A stretch of 64,000 nt of DNA, from NCBI GenBank assembly GCA_039793485.1, contig JBAMLO010000049.1, positions 4,157 through 68,156 of the forward strand, written 5' to 3'. Made by a program: the position numbers and the translations under genes. Positions 48,229-56,896 of the stretch are shown here, one piece after another; position 1 is the first letter of the stretch, and the number at the start of each line of letters is the position of its first letter. The DNA is from Nitrososphaera sp. GTDB lineage: Archaea > Thermoproteota > EX4484-205 > JAAOZO01. The notes beneath the pieces are model-generated. The model saw nothing but the letters and a program-made list of their open reading frames with translations, was not told the DNA's origin and made no database searches.

Positions 48229-48737
48229 ATTTATTCTACAAAATTAAAGAGGAGCAAAGAAGGAAGCTTTCTGTGCCAATAGGGCCGCTCGTAAGAGGAA
48301 CACCCGAGGAAGTAGCAGAAAGAATAAAAGGCAGCTACAAAAACAAGGATATCTCTTTTTGTGTAGGTGATTTTGTTACGAACAATTTTTTAGTACACAA
48401 TATTAAGTTTAAAGCAGCCATAGTTGACTTTAAAACCGAGAGAAAAAAACTTCCAGGTGAACTAAAGTACTGCTTTAAGTTGTTTAATCCGCAAGGACAT
48501 ATAAACGCTGAAGCTTGGAATGTTCTGAAAGCCGCTCTTGAAAAAGACAACGGCTGCATCGTTTTTGTTGAGGGAGAAGAAGACCTACTAGCTTTGCCTG
48601 CAATTGAGGTCTCAGAAATTGGAAGCTTAGTGGTGTATGGCCAACCAGGGGAAGGCGTTGTTGTTGTAGAGGTAAACGATTACTATAAAAAATTTGTAAG
48701 AGAAATTATACTATCGTCAGAAGCTGTTGTTTTCTAA
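48225..48737 (+). CDS. DUF359 family, GTP-dependent dephospho-CoA kinase
   Basis: VGDFVT, VD.KT.R, NP.G.I, GEEDLL.LP, YGQPGEG. Confidence 0.88.
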   Translation: MNLFYKIKEEQRRKLSVPIGPLVRGTPEEVAERIKGSYKNKDISFCVGDFVTNNFLVHNIKFKAAIVDFKTERKKLPGELKYCFKLFNPQGHINAEAWNVLKAALEKDNGCIVFVEGEEDLLALPAIEVSEIGSLVVYGQPGEGVVVVEVNDYYKKFVREIILSSEAVVF

Positions 48738-48866
48738 CATCTCCTATGAAAAGTCTATTCTTTTTAATTTTAGAGAAGAAAAATAAATCTTTAGCTCTCC
48801 TTTTTTCTATGCTTTTGCTATGTATTACTTTTTAGTTTGTAGGTGCCGTCTATGTTATCTCTATCT

Positions 48867-49001
48867 AAGATTTTTCTTTTTTGCTTAGAAACCAAGATGC
48901 AAAGGCTTTTAGTGCCTTAGCTCTGTGAGAATACTTGTTTTTCTCTTCGATGCTCATCTCAGCGAACGTGAGGTTTGAGCCTAAAGGCTTAAAGACGGGG
49001 T
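48867..49001 (-). repeat. 135-bp direct repeat, distal copy of the rdgB 3' end (ends in TAG)
   Basis: Identical base for base to 51670-51804 (compared by eye). Confidence 0.95.
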
Positions 49002-49666
49002 TTTCCTGTTTCAGAGATAGCAAGGTCTACTAGAACTTCGTCTTCAGTAACATCAATATCAGAGATTTCAAGCTTATCTACTTCCAGAGACAATTCATAA
49101 CCTAAAATACGCTTTGCCAGCTTCTTCTTGATCAACTTCTTCGATAAAGAGTAAACAAGTTTTACCATCTCATTAAAATTAAAATGGAAGGCCCCCACCC
49201 GCATTCTAATTCCATACTCAGGTTCAAGTTCAGAGAATAGATGCATGTCAGGAAAGACCAAAATTTTCCTTCCATTCATTAAAGCCTTCACTCGTGGATC
49301 TTTTTTAACTTTTTCGATGCACTTTCTTTCAAGAATCTTATACTGTTTTCTTACTTCATTAAGCTCTTTTAAATGTGTTTTGTTATTTTGAAATTCCTCC
49401 TCAGAGAGTTCCAATGTGATTTCATAAACTTTGTTTTTCTCCCTTAGAACTAGATTAAGCAAGCGGTCTACTAAGATTCCAATGCTTTCTCGATCTCTAG
49501 TGTATGCATCGATACCAAAAAGTATATCCTTACTTCTACTCTTCCCAACTAAAGTTATGCGACATTCCTTGGTTGTTACTTTCCAAAACTTCTTAGCGCA
49601 AATTTCGCTATTGGTTTTCGCAGATTTGTAGTCGTCGCCCCACCCCCAAATAGTAATTTTTTTCAT
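48989..49666 (-). CDS. Hypothetical protein (cassette ORF3)
   Basis: 225 aa; ATGA overlap with the upstream LAGLIDADG gene; stop codon lies inside the direct repeat. Confidence 0.7.
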   Translation of the reverse strand: MKKITIWGWGDDYKSAKTNSEICAKKFWKVTTKECRITLVGKSRSKDILFGIDAYTRDRESIGILVDRLLNLVLREKNKVYEITLELSEEEFQNNKTHLKELNEVRKQYKILERKCIEKVKKDPRVKALMNGRKILVFPDMHLFSELEPEYGIRMRVGAFHFNFNEMVKLVYSLSKKLIKKKLAKRILGYELSLEVDKLEISDIDVTEDEVLVDLAISETGKPRL

Positions 49667-50577
49667 TCTTCTTTCCTCTTTTTTATTCTCCCTCTTCTTA
49701 CCTTTCCTTCCTTATATGCTTTTAGAAACCTTTTGAACCTTTCTATATGTGAAGGTTTACAACTTCCTATCTCCTCAATGAATCTCATTTGCTCTTTTGA
49801 GTATATCTCTAAGTAATGTGCATCGTAAGTTCTATCAGTGCGAACCTCAGAAGGATTAAAGCCTAGTCTTACTAATGCTTCTCTGACCTCCTCTAAGCAA
49901 TCTTTGTATTTTGACGATATCCGAAGTTTAATAGCATACTTCCCATGCTTTGCAACGCTCCCATCCCCTGAGAAAAAACCCCTTAAGTACGCTCTCAATC
50001 CTTCTTTATCTAGATGCTCTAAAGGAACATGATACCTATATGGTCCAGTCTTAGCACCTATTTCTTTTAAGTCATAATATGCTTCCTTGTTAGCTATTCC
50101 TGCTATAAGTTCACCTTTACCTTTGTAGATATTTGGCACCTTCCCGTAAACTTTCTCAAACAGTTCATTAAACCTTTTAATAAGTTCAATGTCAGCAGAG
50201 TGAAAGAAAATTCTGTAATGACCTCTTTGAGAAGGTAAACTTCCTTCAGAAGCTATAAGGCCGCATAATTCTGCTTTTTCAGGAATAAAAATTTCTTTTA
50301 TTCCATCTTTCGATACCTCTAGCATTACTCCAAGGCCCAAAGGGAACAAAATTCTATCTTCTTCCATCTTCGCCTTTGAAAATGTAGCTATAACGGTGTC
50401 TCCTCTTACTAATTTGTACTCTTCGCTTTCTGTTATACTTACTTTATACTCACCAAACTCTATTGTTTGTTGGCTTGATTGCTCACAAGATTTCCATCCT
50501 TCTTTATTTTCTGTAGAAACATGCTCCCCTTCGTGAAATCTTAGTTGGTGCTGTCTTATCAGCGAAGCTTCTCCCAT
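49663..50577 (-). CDS. Free-standing LAGLIDADG (DOD-type) endonuclease-like protein
   Basis: Two motifs, AELCGLIASEGS and AYLRGFFSGDGS, about 95 aa apart, plus a F.EEIG block; no intein splicing motifs. Confidence 0.85.
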   Translation of the reverse strand: MGEASLIRQHQLRFHEGEHVSTENKEGWKSCEQSSQQTIEFGEYKVSITESEEYKLVRGDTVIATFSKAKMEEDRILFPLGLGVMLEVSKDGIKEIFIPEKAELCGLIASEGSLPSQRGHYRIFFHSADIELIKRFNELFEKVYGKVPNIYKGKGELIAGIANKEAYYDLKEIGAKTGPYRYHVPLEHLDKEGLRAYLRGFFSGDGSVAKHGKYAIKLRISSKYKDCLEEVREALVRLGFNPSEVRTDRTYDAHYLEIYSKEQMRFIEEIGSCKPSHIERFKRFLKAYKEGKVRRGRIKKRKEE

Positions 50578-50578
50578 T

Positions 50579-51661
50579 TCATGTATTTCGCTTCCAATCT
50601 AATAAGTTGTGAATAGCTAATATCCTTTTACAGGATTCTAGATCTTTGATCCATAGATCGATTAAATCCTGTGGTGTCATACCTCTACAGGCATCGCAGT
50701 AACATTCCTTAAATCTTATTCTTTCATCTCTCATATCATATAATTTACAATTTCTGAAATAAAGCCCATGTTTAGCTTCAAGAAACCACGAAAAATTGCT
50801 ATAACTTATTCTACTATATTTGAGCTTTCTTCCAACTCCGTAAACAAGCATTTCAAAATTTTTGTTGTTAGTTTTGCCTAACTTCTTTAACATGCTCAAT
50901 ACATATGGAAGAACGTCATTTAACAAACCTTGCTCAAAAAGTTCTCTAGAGGGCATGACAAAGGAAACATAGCCCATCTCTATCTCTTTTTTAAGAGACC
51001 AATATATTTGACGTAAGTTTGCTCCCTTAATTAAACCAATTAATGGAATGTCAAGACAAAGAAACTCGTTTGCAAGTTGTACTAATCGTATTGTTTGCGA
51101 CCAAGATTGATATAATGGTGCATCAGTGTATGTATAGTTGTCCGGTATCATTGTAGCATCTGGTTTTAGGTCTTCAATTAGCTTGAGGTAGTCATCTATT
51201 TTTAGCTTATCAATAAGTTCATCTGGCATAACTGTGGATAGTAATATTTTTCCATTAAATTCAAGGAAGTCATGAAGACTTTTGCTTAAAGCCTTTAGTA
51301 GCAGATCTTTATGGAGAATCAACTGCCAAAGTGGAACAAATATAGCGGATGTCTCTACCTCCTCTTTCCAGAACCACGAGCTCTGGTCTGTTACATCAAC
51401 TTGAGGTATAAAAGTCGAAAAGTTGACTTTTAACATGCTTTTCTTTTTAAGAGGCGGAAGTAAGAGGGGAGGAGGCTTGCTCTTTCCTCCAATTGGACAG
51501 TACTCTCTTAGTTTGCAGAACGACTTGGGATAAGTTATGCCTGTAAAGGAATGTCCCTTAATGCATAGATCTACAAGACAACTTTCAATTACACAACCAG
51601 GACATAGTTTTCTATAGTAGTAGCATTCTTCACAAAGTATTCCACATTTACTTTTTTTCAT
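50579..51661 (-). CDS. tRNA-guanine-transglycosylase (TGT)-fold protein with a Cys-rich N-terminal domain
   Basis: C-terminal TGT Zn site CYCDAC..HN; barrel motifs PDATMIPD, LIGLIKG, LVYGVG; N-terminal CGILCEEC..CPGC..C..C. Confidence 0.65.
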   Translation of the reverse strand: MKKSKCGILCEECYYYRKLCPGCVIESCLVDLCIKGHSFTGITYPKSFCKLREYCPIGGKSKPPPLLLPPLKKKSMLKVNFSTFIPQVDVTDQSSWFWKEEVETSAIFVPLWQLILHKDLLLKALSKSLHDFLEFNGKILLSTVMPDELIDKLKIDDYLKLIEDLKPDATMIPDNYTYTDAPLYQSWSQTIRLVQLANEFLCLDIPLIGLIKGANLRQIYWSLKKEIEMGYVSFVMPSRELFEQGLLNDVLPYVLSMLKKLGKTNNKNFEMLVYGVGRKLKYSRISYSNFSWFLEAKHGLYFRNCKLYDMRDERIRFKECYCDACRGMTPQDLIDLWIKDLESCKRILAIHNLLDWKRNT

Positions 51662-51667
51662 TTCTGC

Positions 51668-52240
51668 TCAAGATTTTTCTTTTTTGCTTAGAAACCAAGA
51701 TGCAAAGGCTTTTAGTGCCTTAGCTCTGTGAGAATACTTGTTTTTCTCTTCGATGCTCATCTCAGCGAACGTGAGGTTTGAGCCTAAAGGCTTAAAGACG
51801 GGGTCAAATCCGAAGCCGCTTTTTCCTCGGGCTTCAGTTGTTATTACTCCATCTACTCTTCCACTAAAGATCTTTAGTTCACCTCCTGGTTCGCCGTAGG
51901 CTAAAGCTGTCATAAAGTAAGCCGACCTATCTGTTGAGCCAGAGAGCAATTTAAGTATGCCTTCATAACCAATTGTTCTATAAACGTATGACGAGTATAC
52001 ACCTGGAAAGCCATTCAAAGATTTTATAAAAAGACCGGAGTCGTCGATGATGAAGTTTCCCTTAACAATCTTTAAAGCGTCCTCAGCACACTTCCTAACA
52101 ACTTCTTCTAAGCTGTCTGACTGAGGCTCGGTTATGTCAAGGTCAACCTGCTCAAGTTCAATTCCAAAGTCCTTAAGCAATTTTTGTGCTTCAAGGAACT
52201 TTCCACGGTTGCTAGTTATGAAGATAAGTTTAGCCTTCAT
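51668..52240 (-). CDS. rdgB: Non-canonical purine NTP pyrophosphatase (RdgB/HAM1)
   Basis: TSNRGK..E, DDSGL, GFPGVYS, GFGFDPVF, KN..SHR..A. Confidence 0.95.
   Translation of the reverse strand: MKAKLIFITSNRGKFLEAQKLLKDFGIELEQVDLDITEPQSDSLEEVVRKCAEDALKIVKGNFIIDDSGLFIKSLNGFPGVYSSYVYRTIGYEGILKLLSGSTDRSAYFMTALAYGEPGGELKIFSGRVDGVITTEARGKSGFGFDPVFKPLGSNLTFAEMSIEEKNKYSHRAKALKAFASWFLSKKEKS
51670..51804 (-). repeat. 135-bp direct repeat, proximal copy (3' end of intact rdgB, ends in TGA)
   Basis: Identical to 48867-49001. Confidence 0.95.
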
Positions 52241-52413
52241 TGGACAATGCTTTCATTAGGTGCTATTAAAAGCTTAAAACTCTTAGTAGCAATGAGACAA
52301 CGAACGCTTAAAAGATAGAAGTAGCATGCAAGTTTAAAGACTACTTAAAGTATCGTTTTATTCTTGTCTATGGCTCTTTAAAATTTTCTTAAAATTTAGT
52401 ATTAGAGTTTGTT

Positions 52414-53070
52414 TTATTTGCTTTTTCTCCTTTGCTTATATCTTCCTCTCTTATTTATTTCGTTCAGTCTCCCAATTATCTCTCTCGAAGCTTCTCCGCC
52501 TTGACTAATATAGCCGTTAATTATGGCATTCCACTTCTTATAATAGCTATCTCCAAGCTTTGATTGCAAACTCTTTTGAAGGACATTTAAATCTTCAGCA
52601 AATTTTTCGATATCTGAAACTTTTTCTCCTAAGCCAAAGTCGATGAAATAAGGTTCGTGGTTTACTACTATTATGTTTGATGGAGTAAGGTCTCCATGGT
52701 AAATTTTTGAAGAGTGCATCAAGTAGATATCTCTGCCAACTTTATTAAGCAGTTCTTCGTTTTCTTCTTGAATAACTTCAGCTAAGCTCTTTCCTTCTAC
52801 GAAAGACATTATAAGCCAACCCTTCACTGGGTTAACGTGAAGAACATAAGGAACTTTAATTCCGGCCTTTTTTGCTTCATAAAGTAAGGAAGCTTCTTTT
52901 AATGTCCTTGACTTTATTAGCTCGTCATCAAGTTCCCTTACTCTGTAGCCTTTCTTAATTCTTTTCTTCAAAACAACTCTTATGTTAAGCCAAATTCCAA
53001 GCCATAGCTCTGCTTCAGCTCCTCTGTAAAGTAGCTTCTCGGGTATAAATTCACCAGGGAATTCTGACAT
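52414..53070 (-). CDS. bud32: KEOPS kinase Bud32
   Basis: GAEA, K.R..K.YR..LD, HGDLT.SN, IDFGL. Confidence 0.93.
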   Translation of the reverse strand: MSEFPGEFIPEKLLYRGAEAELWLGIWLNIRVVLKKRIKKGYRVRELDDELIKSRTLKEASLLYEAKKAGIKVPYVLHVNPVKGWLIMSFVEGKSLAEVIQEENEELLNKVGRDIYLMHSSKIYHGDLTPSNIIVVNHEPYFIDFGLGEKVSDIEKFAEDLNVLQKSLQSKLGDSYYKKWNAIINGYISQGGEASREIIGRLNEINKRGRYKQRRKSK

Positions 53071-54028
53071 CGTCTATTCTAAACCTCACAAGAACCTTTG
53101 ATTCTTCAACACTTATTGTATCTCCAGATAAGTACTGCTTAAGCCCAGTCCATGCTATCATTGCTCCGTTATCTCCATAGTATTCTGTTGGGTAGTCTAA
53201 GAACTTAGCTCCTCTTTCCTCGCACATTGTTCTTGCCATTTCTCTTAGTCTCTCATTTGCTCCCACTCCACCTGCAATTACAAGCTCGTCTTTCTTTAAG
53301 TAAGCCATAGCTCTTTCTGTAGCTTCCAGAAGCATGGCAAAAGAAGTTTCTTGAAGGGAGTATGCTAGGTCTTCAATACTCTCCTTTCCAATAAGTTTTT
53401 CTGCAGCAGTTAAAGTGCCTGAAAAAGAAACATTCATTCCCTTTACAACGTATGGCAACTTTATTAGTTTTTTTCCATTCTTTGCAAGCTTCATTATTTT
53501 TGGTCCACCCGGAAAAGGTAGTCCTGCTGACCTCGCAAAAGCATCGAAGAGGTTTCCTACTGCAATATCTTCTGTCTCTCCAAACACAACATATCTATCT
53601 TTTACTTTAGATATTATTTGTGTGTTACCTCCCGAAACATAGAGGAATACTGGATCTCTTGCTCCACTCTTTAAATATCCAATTTCAAGATGCGCAACAG
53701 CATGATTTACGCCAACAAGTGGCTTTTTGAATTTTAGCGAGATAGCTCTTGCAAGGGTGGCCCCCGCCCTCAAGCATGGACCAAGACCAGGTCCCCTTGA
53801 AAAAGCAACTACAGCAACATCCTCCAATTTTACTTTTGCTTCTTCTTTTGCTTTTCTTAAAACACTTACAGCAACCTCGTAATGGTGTTTAGATGCTTCC
53901 CTTGGATGAATTCCTCCTTCTTTAGGAGTATACACAGACTTTACGTTAGAGAGAACTTCGCCTTTGTCGTTTACAAAAGCAACTCCAAAAGTATGAGCTG
54001 TTGTTTCAATTCCAAGCGAAACTAACAT
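53051..54028 (-). CDS. kae1: KEOPS t6A synthase Kae1
   Basis: GIETTAH, GGIHP, GPGLGP, NHAVAH.E, VSGGNTQ, GGVGAN, DNGAMIA. Confidence 0.96.
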   Translation of the reverse strand: MLVSLGIETTAHTFGVAFVNDKGEVLSNVKSVYTPKEGGIHPREASKHHYEVAVSVLRKAKEEAKVKLEDVAVVAFSRGPGLGPCLRAGATLARAISLKFKKPLVGVNHAVAHLEIGYLKSGARDPVFLYVSGGNTQIISKVKDRYVVFGETEDIAVGNLFDAFARSAGLPFPGGPKIMKLAKNGKKLIKLPYVVKGMNVSFSGTLTAAEKLIGKESIEDLAYSLQETSFAMLLEATERAMAYLKKDELVIAGGVGANERLREMARTMCEERGAKFLDYPTEYYGDNGAMIAWTGLKQYLSGDTISVEESKVLVRFRIDDVRIPW

Positions 54029-54121
54029 CTTTCTCTCTTAGCTGTTACTTGTTACTTTTTTAAATTTATAAGACTTAACTACAAGAAGAATGTTAAAAGT
54101 TTGTTAGTTTCTCACTAAACT

Positions 54122-54322
54122 TTAAGTTGCTACAAATTCAGTATAGTGGCAACTACCGCAGTAGTACCTTTTTCTTCCCTCTGAGTGAAACGCTAAGAAA
54201 TTTCCACACCTTGGACACTTCTTCTTAGTTAGCTTTACTTCTTTTTTCTGCAAGTCTACAACGTAGTAGCTCCATGCTCCCGTCTTCTTATCCTTTTTGC
54301 CCTTTTCTTCCTTTTTGCTCAT
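54122..54322 (-). CDS. rps27ae: 30S ribosomal protein S27ae (eS31)
   Basis: CPRCG..LA.H..R.YCG.C zinc ribbon. Confidence 0.93.
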   Translation of the reverse strand: MSKKEEKGKKDKKTGAWSYYVVDLQKKEVKLTKKKCPRCGNFLAFHSEGRKRYYCGSCHYTEFVAT

Positions 54323-54690
54323 TTCTTACCCCCTCCCTTTGCTACAGCCTTCTTTTCTGTTCTTGCTTTTTTAAGTTCTTCAAGTTTTGCTTTTCTTTGA
54401 GCTGGTTCAAGGTTTGCGATTATGATGTGCTTGCTCTCAAAAGCTTGAGCTGCCTTTTCGTCCTTATACACGTGCGCAACTCCTATGCTTTTGTTCGTGC
54501 CAAACTTACTCTTAAGCTTAACAACAAAAGTTCCTTCAATTGGAAAACCTCCTACTGCAGCTAGAGTCTTCCTAACTTCCCATATTGGTGGTGTGGGGGC
54601 GCCGTCGTGAGCTACTTCAAACGTTACCTCGTTTCTTCCAATTAATTTTTTTTCAACGTTTTCCAGTATCTTTAGTTCCATTGCTCTCAC
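54319..54690 (-). CDS. rps24e: 30S ribosomal protein S24e
   Basis: LIGR.E..H.GAPTP, FG...S.G.A.VY, FE. Confidence 0.9.
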   Translation of the reverse strand: MRAMELKILENVEKKLIGRNEVTFEVAHDGAPTPPIWEVRKTLAAVGGFPIEGTFVVKLKSKFGTNKSIGVAHVYKDEKAAQAFESKHIIIANLEPAQRKAKLEELKKARTEKKAVAKGGGKK

Positions 54691-54765
54691 TTGCTTAAAC
54701 TATGCATTTTTTAAGCATTTTGTTTTTTGTAGCTGACAATTTAAAACCTCAAATAGCTCCAAATT

Positions 54766-54782
54766 CGAAAACTTTTATATAA
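54766..54782 (+). promoter_or_regulatory. Archaeal BRE/TATA promoter of rps15
   Basis: CGAAAACTTTTATATAA about 30 bp upstream of ATG 54811; similar elements precede mtnP and anmK. Confidence 0.55.
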
Positions 54783-54810
54783 TGTGAAAAAAACGAGTTA
54801 ACTATCTAAA

Positions 54811-55257
54811 ATGGCTAGGATGTACAGTCATAAAAAGGGTAAAAGCGGTTCAGTAAAGCCAATAGTTAAAACTAAGCAAGAATGGGTTCAAATGCCCCCT
54901 GAAGAAATTAAAAAGCTAGTTGTAAATTTGTACAAAGAAGGTAACACAAAAAGCTTAATTGGAGCAATACTAAGAGACAACTACGGTATACCTTCAGTTA
55001 AGCTTGCTACCGGGATGTCCATAACTGAAATTTTAAAGGAAGCTGGAGAAGACCCATCTTACGGAGAAGACCTGAAGATTTTAACTTTAAAGGCCGAAAG
55101 GCTAAGGAAACACCTCGAGAGGTATAAGTCCGACAAATTAAACGTTCACAACCTCCAGCTCATTGAATCTAAGATAAGAAGGCTTTCAAAATACTACAAG
55201 AGAATTGGCGTCCTGCCAAAAGATTGGAAGTATGAGCCAAAGTTTGAGTGGAAGTAG
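54811..55257 (+). CDS. rps15: 30S ribosomal protein S15 (uS15)
   Basis: MARMYSHKKGKSGS, IG..LRD.YGIP, LIESKIRRL..YYK. Confidence 0.96.
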   Translation: MARMYSHKKGKSGSVKPIVKTKQEWVQMPPEEIKKLVVNLYKEGNTKSLIGAILRDNYGIPSVKLATGMSITEILKEAGEDPSYGEDLKILTLKAERLRKHLERYKSDKLNVHNLQLIESKIRRLSKYYKRIGVLPKDWKYEPKFEWK

Positions 55258-56665
55258 GGCAAGAGAGTTTATAGCTAATGCAAGAGAGGTTTCTAAACAA
55301 ATTCTTGAGTGGTCTGAAACAAGCGACCTTTCTTTAGTTGCCCATTGGGATGCTGACGGCATTGCGGCAGGTTCTTCACTAGCATCTGCGCTTATGCAGA
55401 GGAGTATCCCTTTTAGGCTTAGGTTTGTTGATTCCATAAGCGAAGAGCTCCTAGAGCAGCTTTCTCATGAAGGTTTGCCCGTAATTTTCTTAGACCTTGG
55501 CTCCGGTTACCTTGAAGAAATCTTTTTACACTTAAAGGAAAAAGTTGCTGTCCTTGACCACCACCAGCCTTCAGGCAACATAGAAGAAATAGTTCACTTG
55601 AACCCAATGAACTTTGGCTTCGACGGCTCAAAAGACCTTTCTGGAGCTGGAGTTTCTTACTTCGTTTCAAAGCATATCGTAAGGGATGCAGACGCCTCTT
55701 GCATCTTAGCAATAGTTGGTGCTCTTGCAGACCTTCAAGACAAGAACGAAAGACGAGAGCTTAGGGGATTAAACTCAATAATAGTTAACGATGCGGAAGA
55801 GCATGGGCTCGTGAAAGTAGAAGACGATTTTGTCTTCTTTGGGAGAGAAACTAGGCCGATTTCAAAGGCGATAGCGAGCACACCTTCTATTCAAATCCCA
55901 GGCTTAACCGGTAACGAAACAGCAGTAATTAACTTGCTGAGGTCGCTTTCAATAAACTTCGAAGAAAATGGAAGAATAAGAACTCTGGCTGAGCTCTCAA
56001 TGGAGGAAAAGCACAAGCTTCTGGCGGGCATCCTCCAAGTTATGATCGACGTTGGCTTAACGCTGCCAGAAGAGTTTCCCCTAATAGGGAAAGTTTACAC
56101 TCTAGTTAGGGAAGACAAATGGTCTCCCACGAGGGATGCAAGGGAATTTTCGTTTTTGCTTAACTCCCTCGGCAGAATGAGCGCATTCGACGTAGCCCTT
56201 AAACTTTCCTTAGGATACAGAGGCGAGGTTCTTGAAAAAGCAATAGAAGTCTCAAAGGAGTACACAAACTCAATACAGTCTGCAATAAGCCAAATCCTTT
56301 CCTTACCGGGGGCAATTCAGGAAACAAAAAACCTTATAGTCATAAGAGGTGAAGGCATAATAAATTCAAACATAGTCAGCCCAATTTCTACAATGATGGC
56401 TGGAGGTCCCCTTTACAAGGAAGACAAGATGTTGGTGGTCGTTTCTAATCAAAGCCAAGAAGAGCTGAGAATATCAGTTAGAATTTCAAGTAAGCTTGTT
56501 GAAAGAGGAGTTAACGCTGGTAAGATTGTTGAAAGCGTAGCAAAGAAACTTGGCGGCACAGGAGGAGGACACAACGTTGCTGCCGGTGCAACAATTTCGA
56601 GAAAAAAGCTCATTAAGTTTTTAGAGGAGGTTGAAGGTTTGTTGGATGAAAAATCCAGAAATTGA
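55205..56665 (+). CDS. DHH-family phosphoesterase (RecJ-like); start uncertain
   Basis: H.DADG, DLGS, DHH, DLSGAG, GGGH..AAGA; usual position after rps15. Confidence 0.9.
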   Translation: MASCQKIGSMSQSLSGSRAREFIANAREVSKQILEWSETSDLSLVAHWDADGIAAGSSLASALMQRSIPFRLRFVDSISEELLEQLSHEGLPVIFLDLGSGYLEEIFLHLKEKVAVLDHHQPSGNIEEIVHLNPMNFGFDGSKDLSGAGVSYFVSKHIVRDADASCILAIVGALADLQDKNERRELRGLNSIIVNDAEEHGLVKVEDDFVFFGRETRPISKAIASTPSIQIPGLTGNETAVINLLRSLSINFEENGRIRTLAELSMEEKHKLLAGILQVMIDVGLTLPEEFPLIGKVYTLVREDKWSPTRDAREFSFLLNSLGRMSAFDVALKLSLGYRGEVLEKAIEVSKEYTNSIQSAISQILSLPGAIQETKNLIVIRGEGIINSNIVSPISTMMAGGPLYKEDKMLVVVSNQSQEELRISVRISSKLVERGVNAGKIVESVAKKLGGTGGGHNVAAGATISRKKLIKFLEEVEGLLDEKSRN

Positions 56666-56894
56666 AGTAGAAATAAGAACTAAAGTTGAGGACGAGAATG
56701 TTGCTAGAATTCTTACGCTTTCTCTTACTCCAGATGAGGAGTTTGAGTTAGAAGGGTTAGCTATAAGAACAACTTATGAGAAAAACATAGTGACTACAAA
56801 AGTTGTTTGTTCGAGAGGTCCAAGGTCCTTAGCTGAAACACTAAATGAAATAATGCTTGCTTACGAAGTTGTTTTTGGTTCTATGGAGCTTTAA
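56646..56894 (+). CDS. pcc1: KEOPS subunit Pcc1-like
   Basis: Small protein with SL.PD and SL..T.NE pattern; usual position after the DHH gene. Confidence 0.7.
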   Translation: MKNPEIEVEIRTKVEDENVARILTLSLTPDEEFELEGLAIRTTYEKNIVTTKVVCSRGPRSLAETLNEIMLAYEVVFGSMEL

Positions 56895-56896
56895 CT

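Larger units (their letters stand above)
48867..51804 (-). mobile_element. Three-gene cassette integrated at the rdgB 3' end, bounded by 135-bp direct repeats
   Basis: Repeats 2803 bp apart enclose three tightly coupled co-oriented ORFs unrelated to the flanking housekeeping genes; no integrase recognised. Confidence 0.75.

Noticed and set aside
48746-48835. 29-codon hydrophobic plus-strand ORF next to the distal repeat
   Set aside because: Too short, arises easily from T-rich sequence and has no supporting signals
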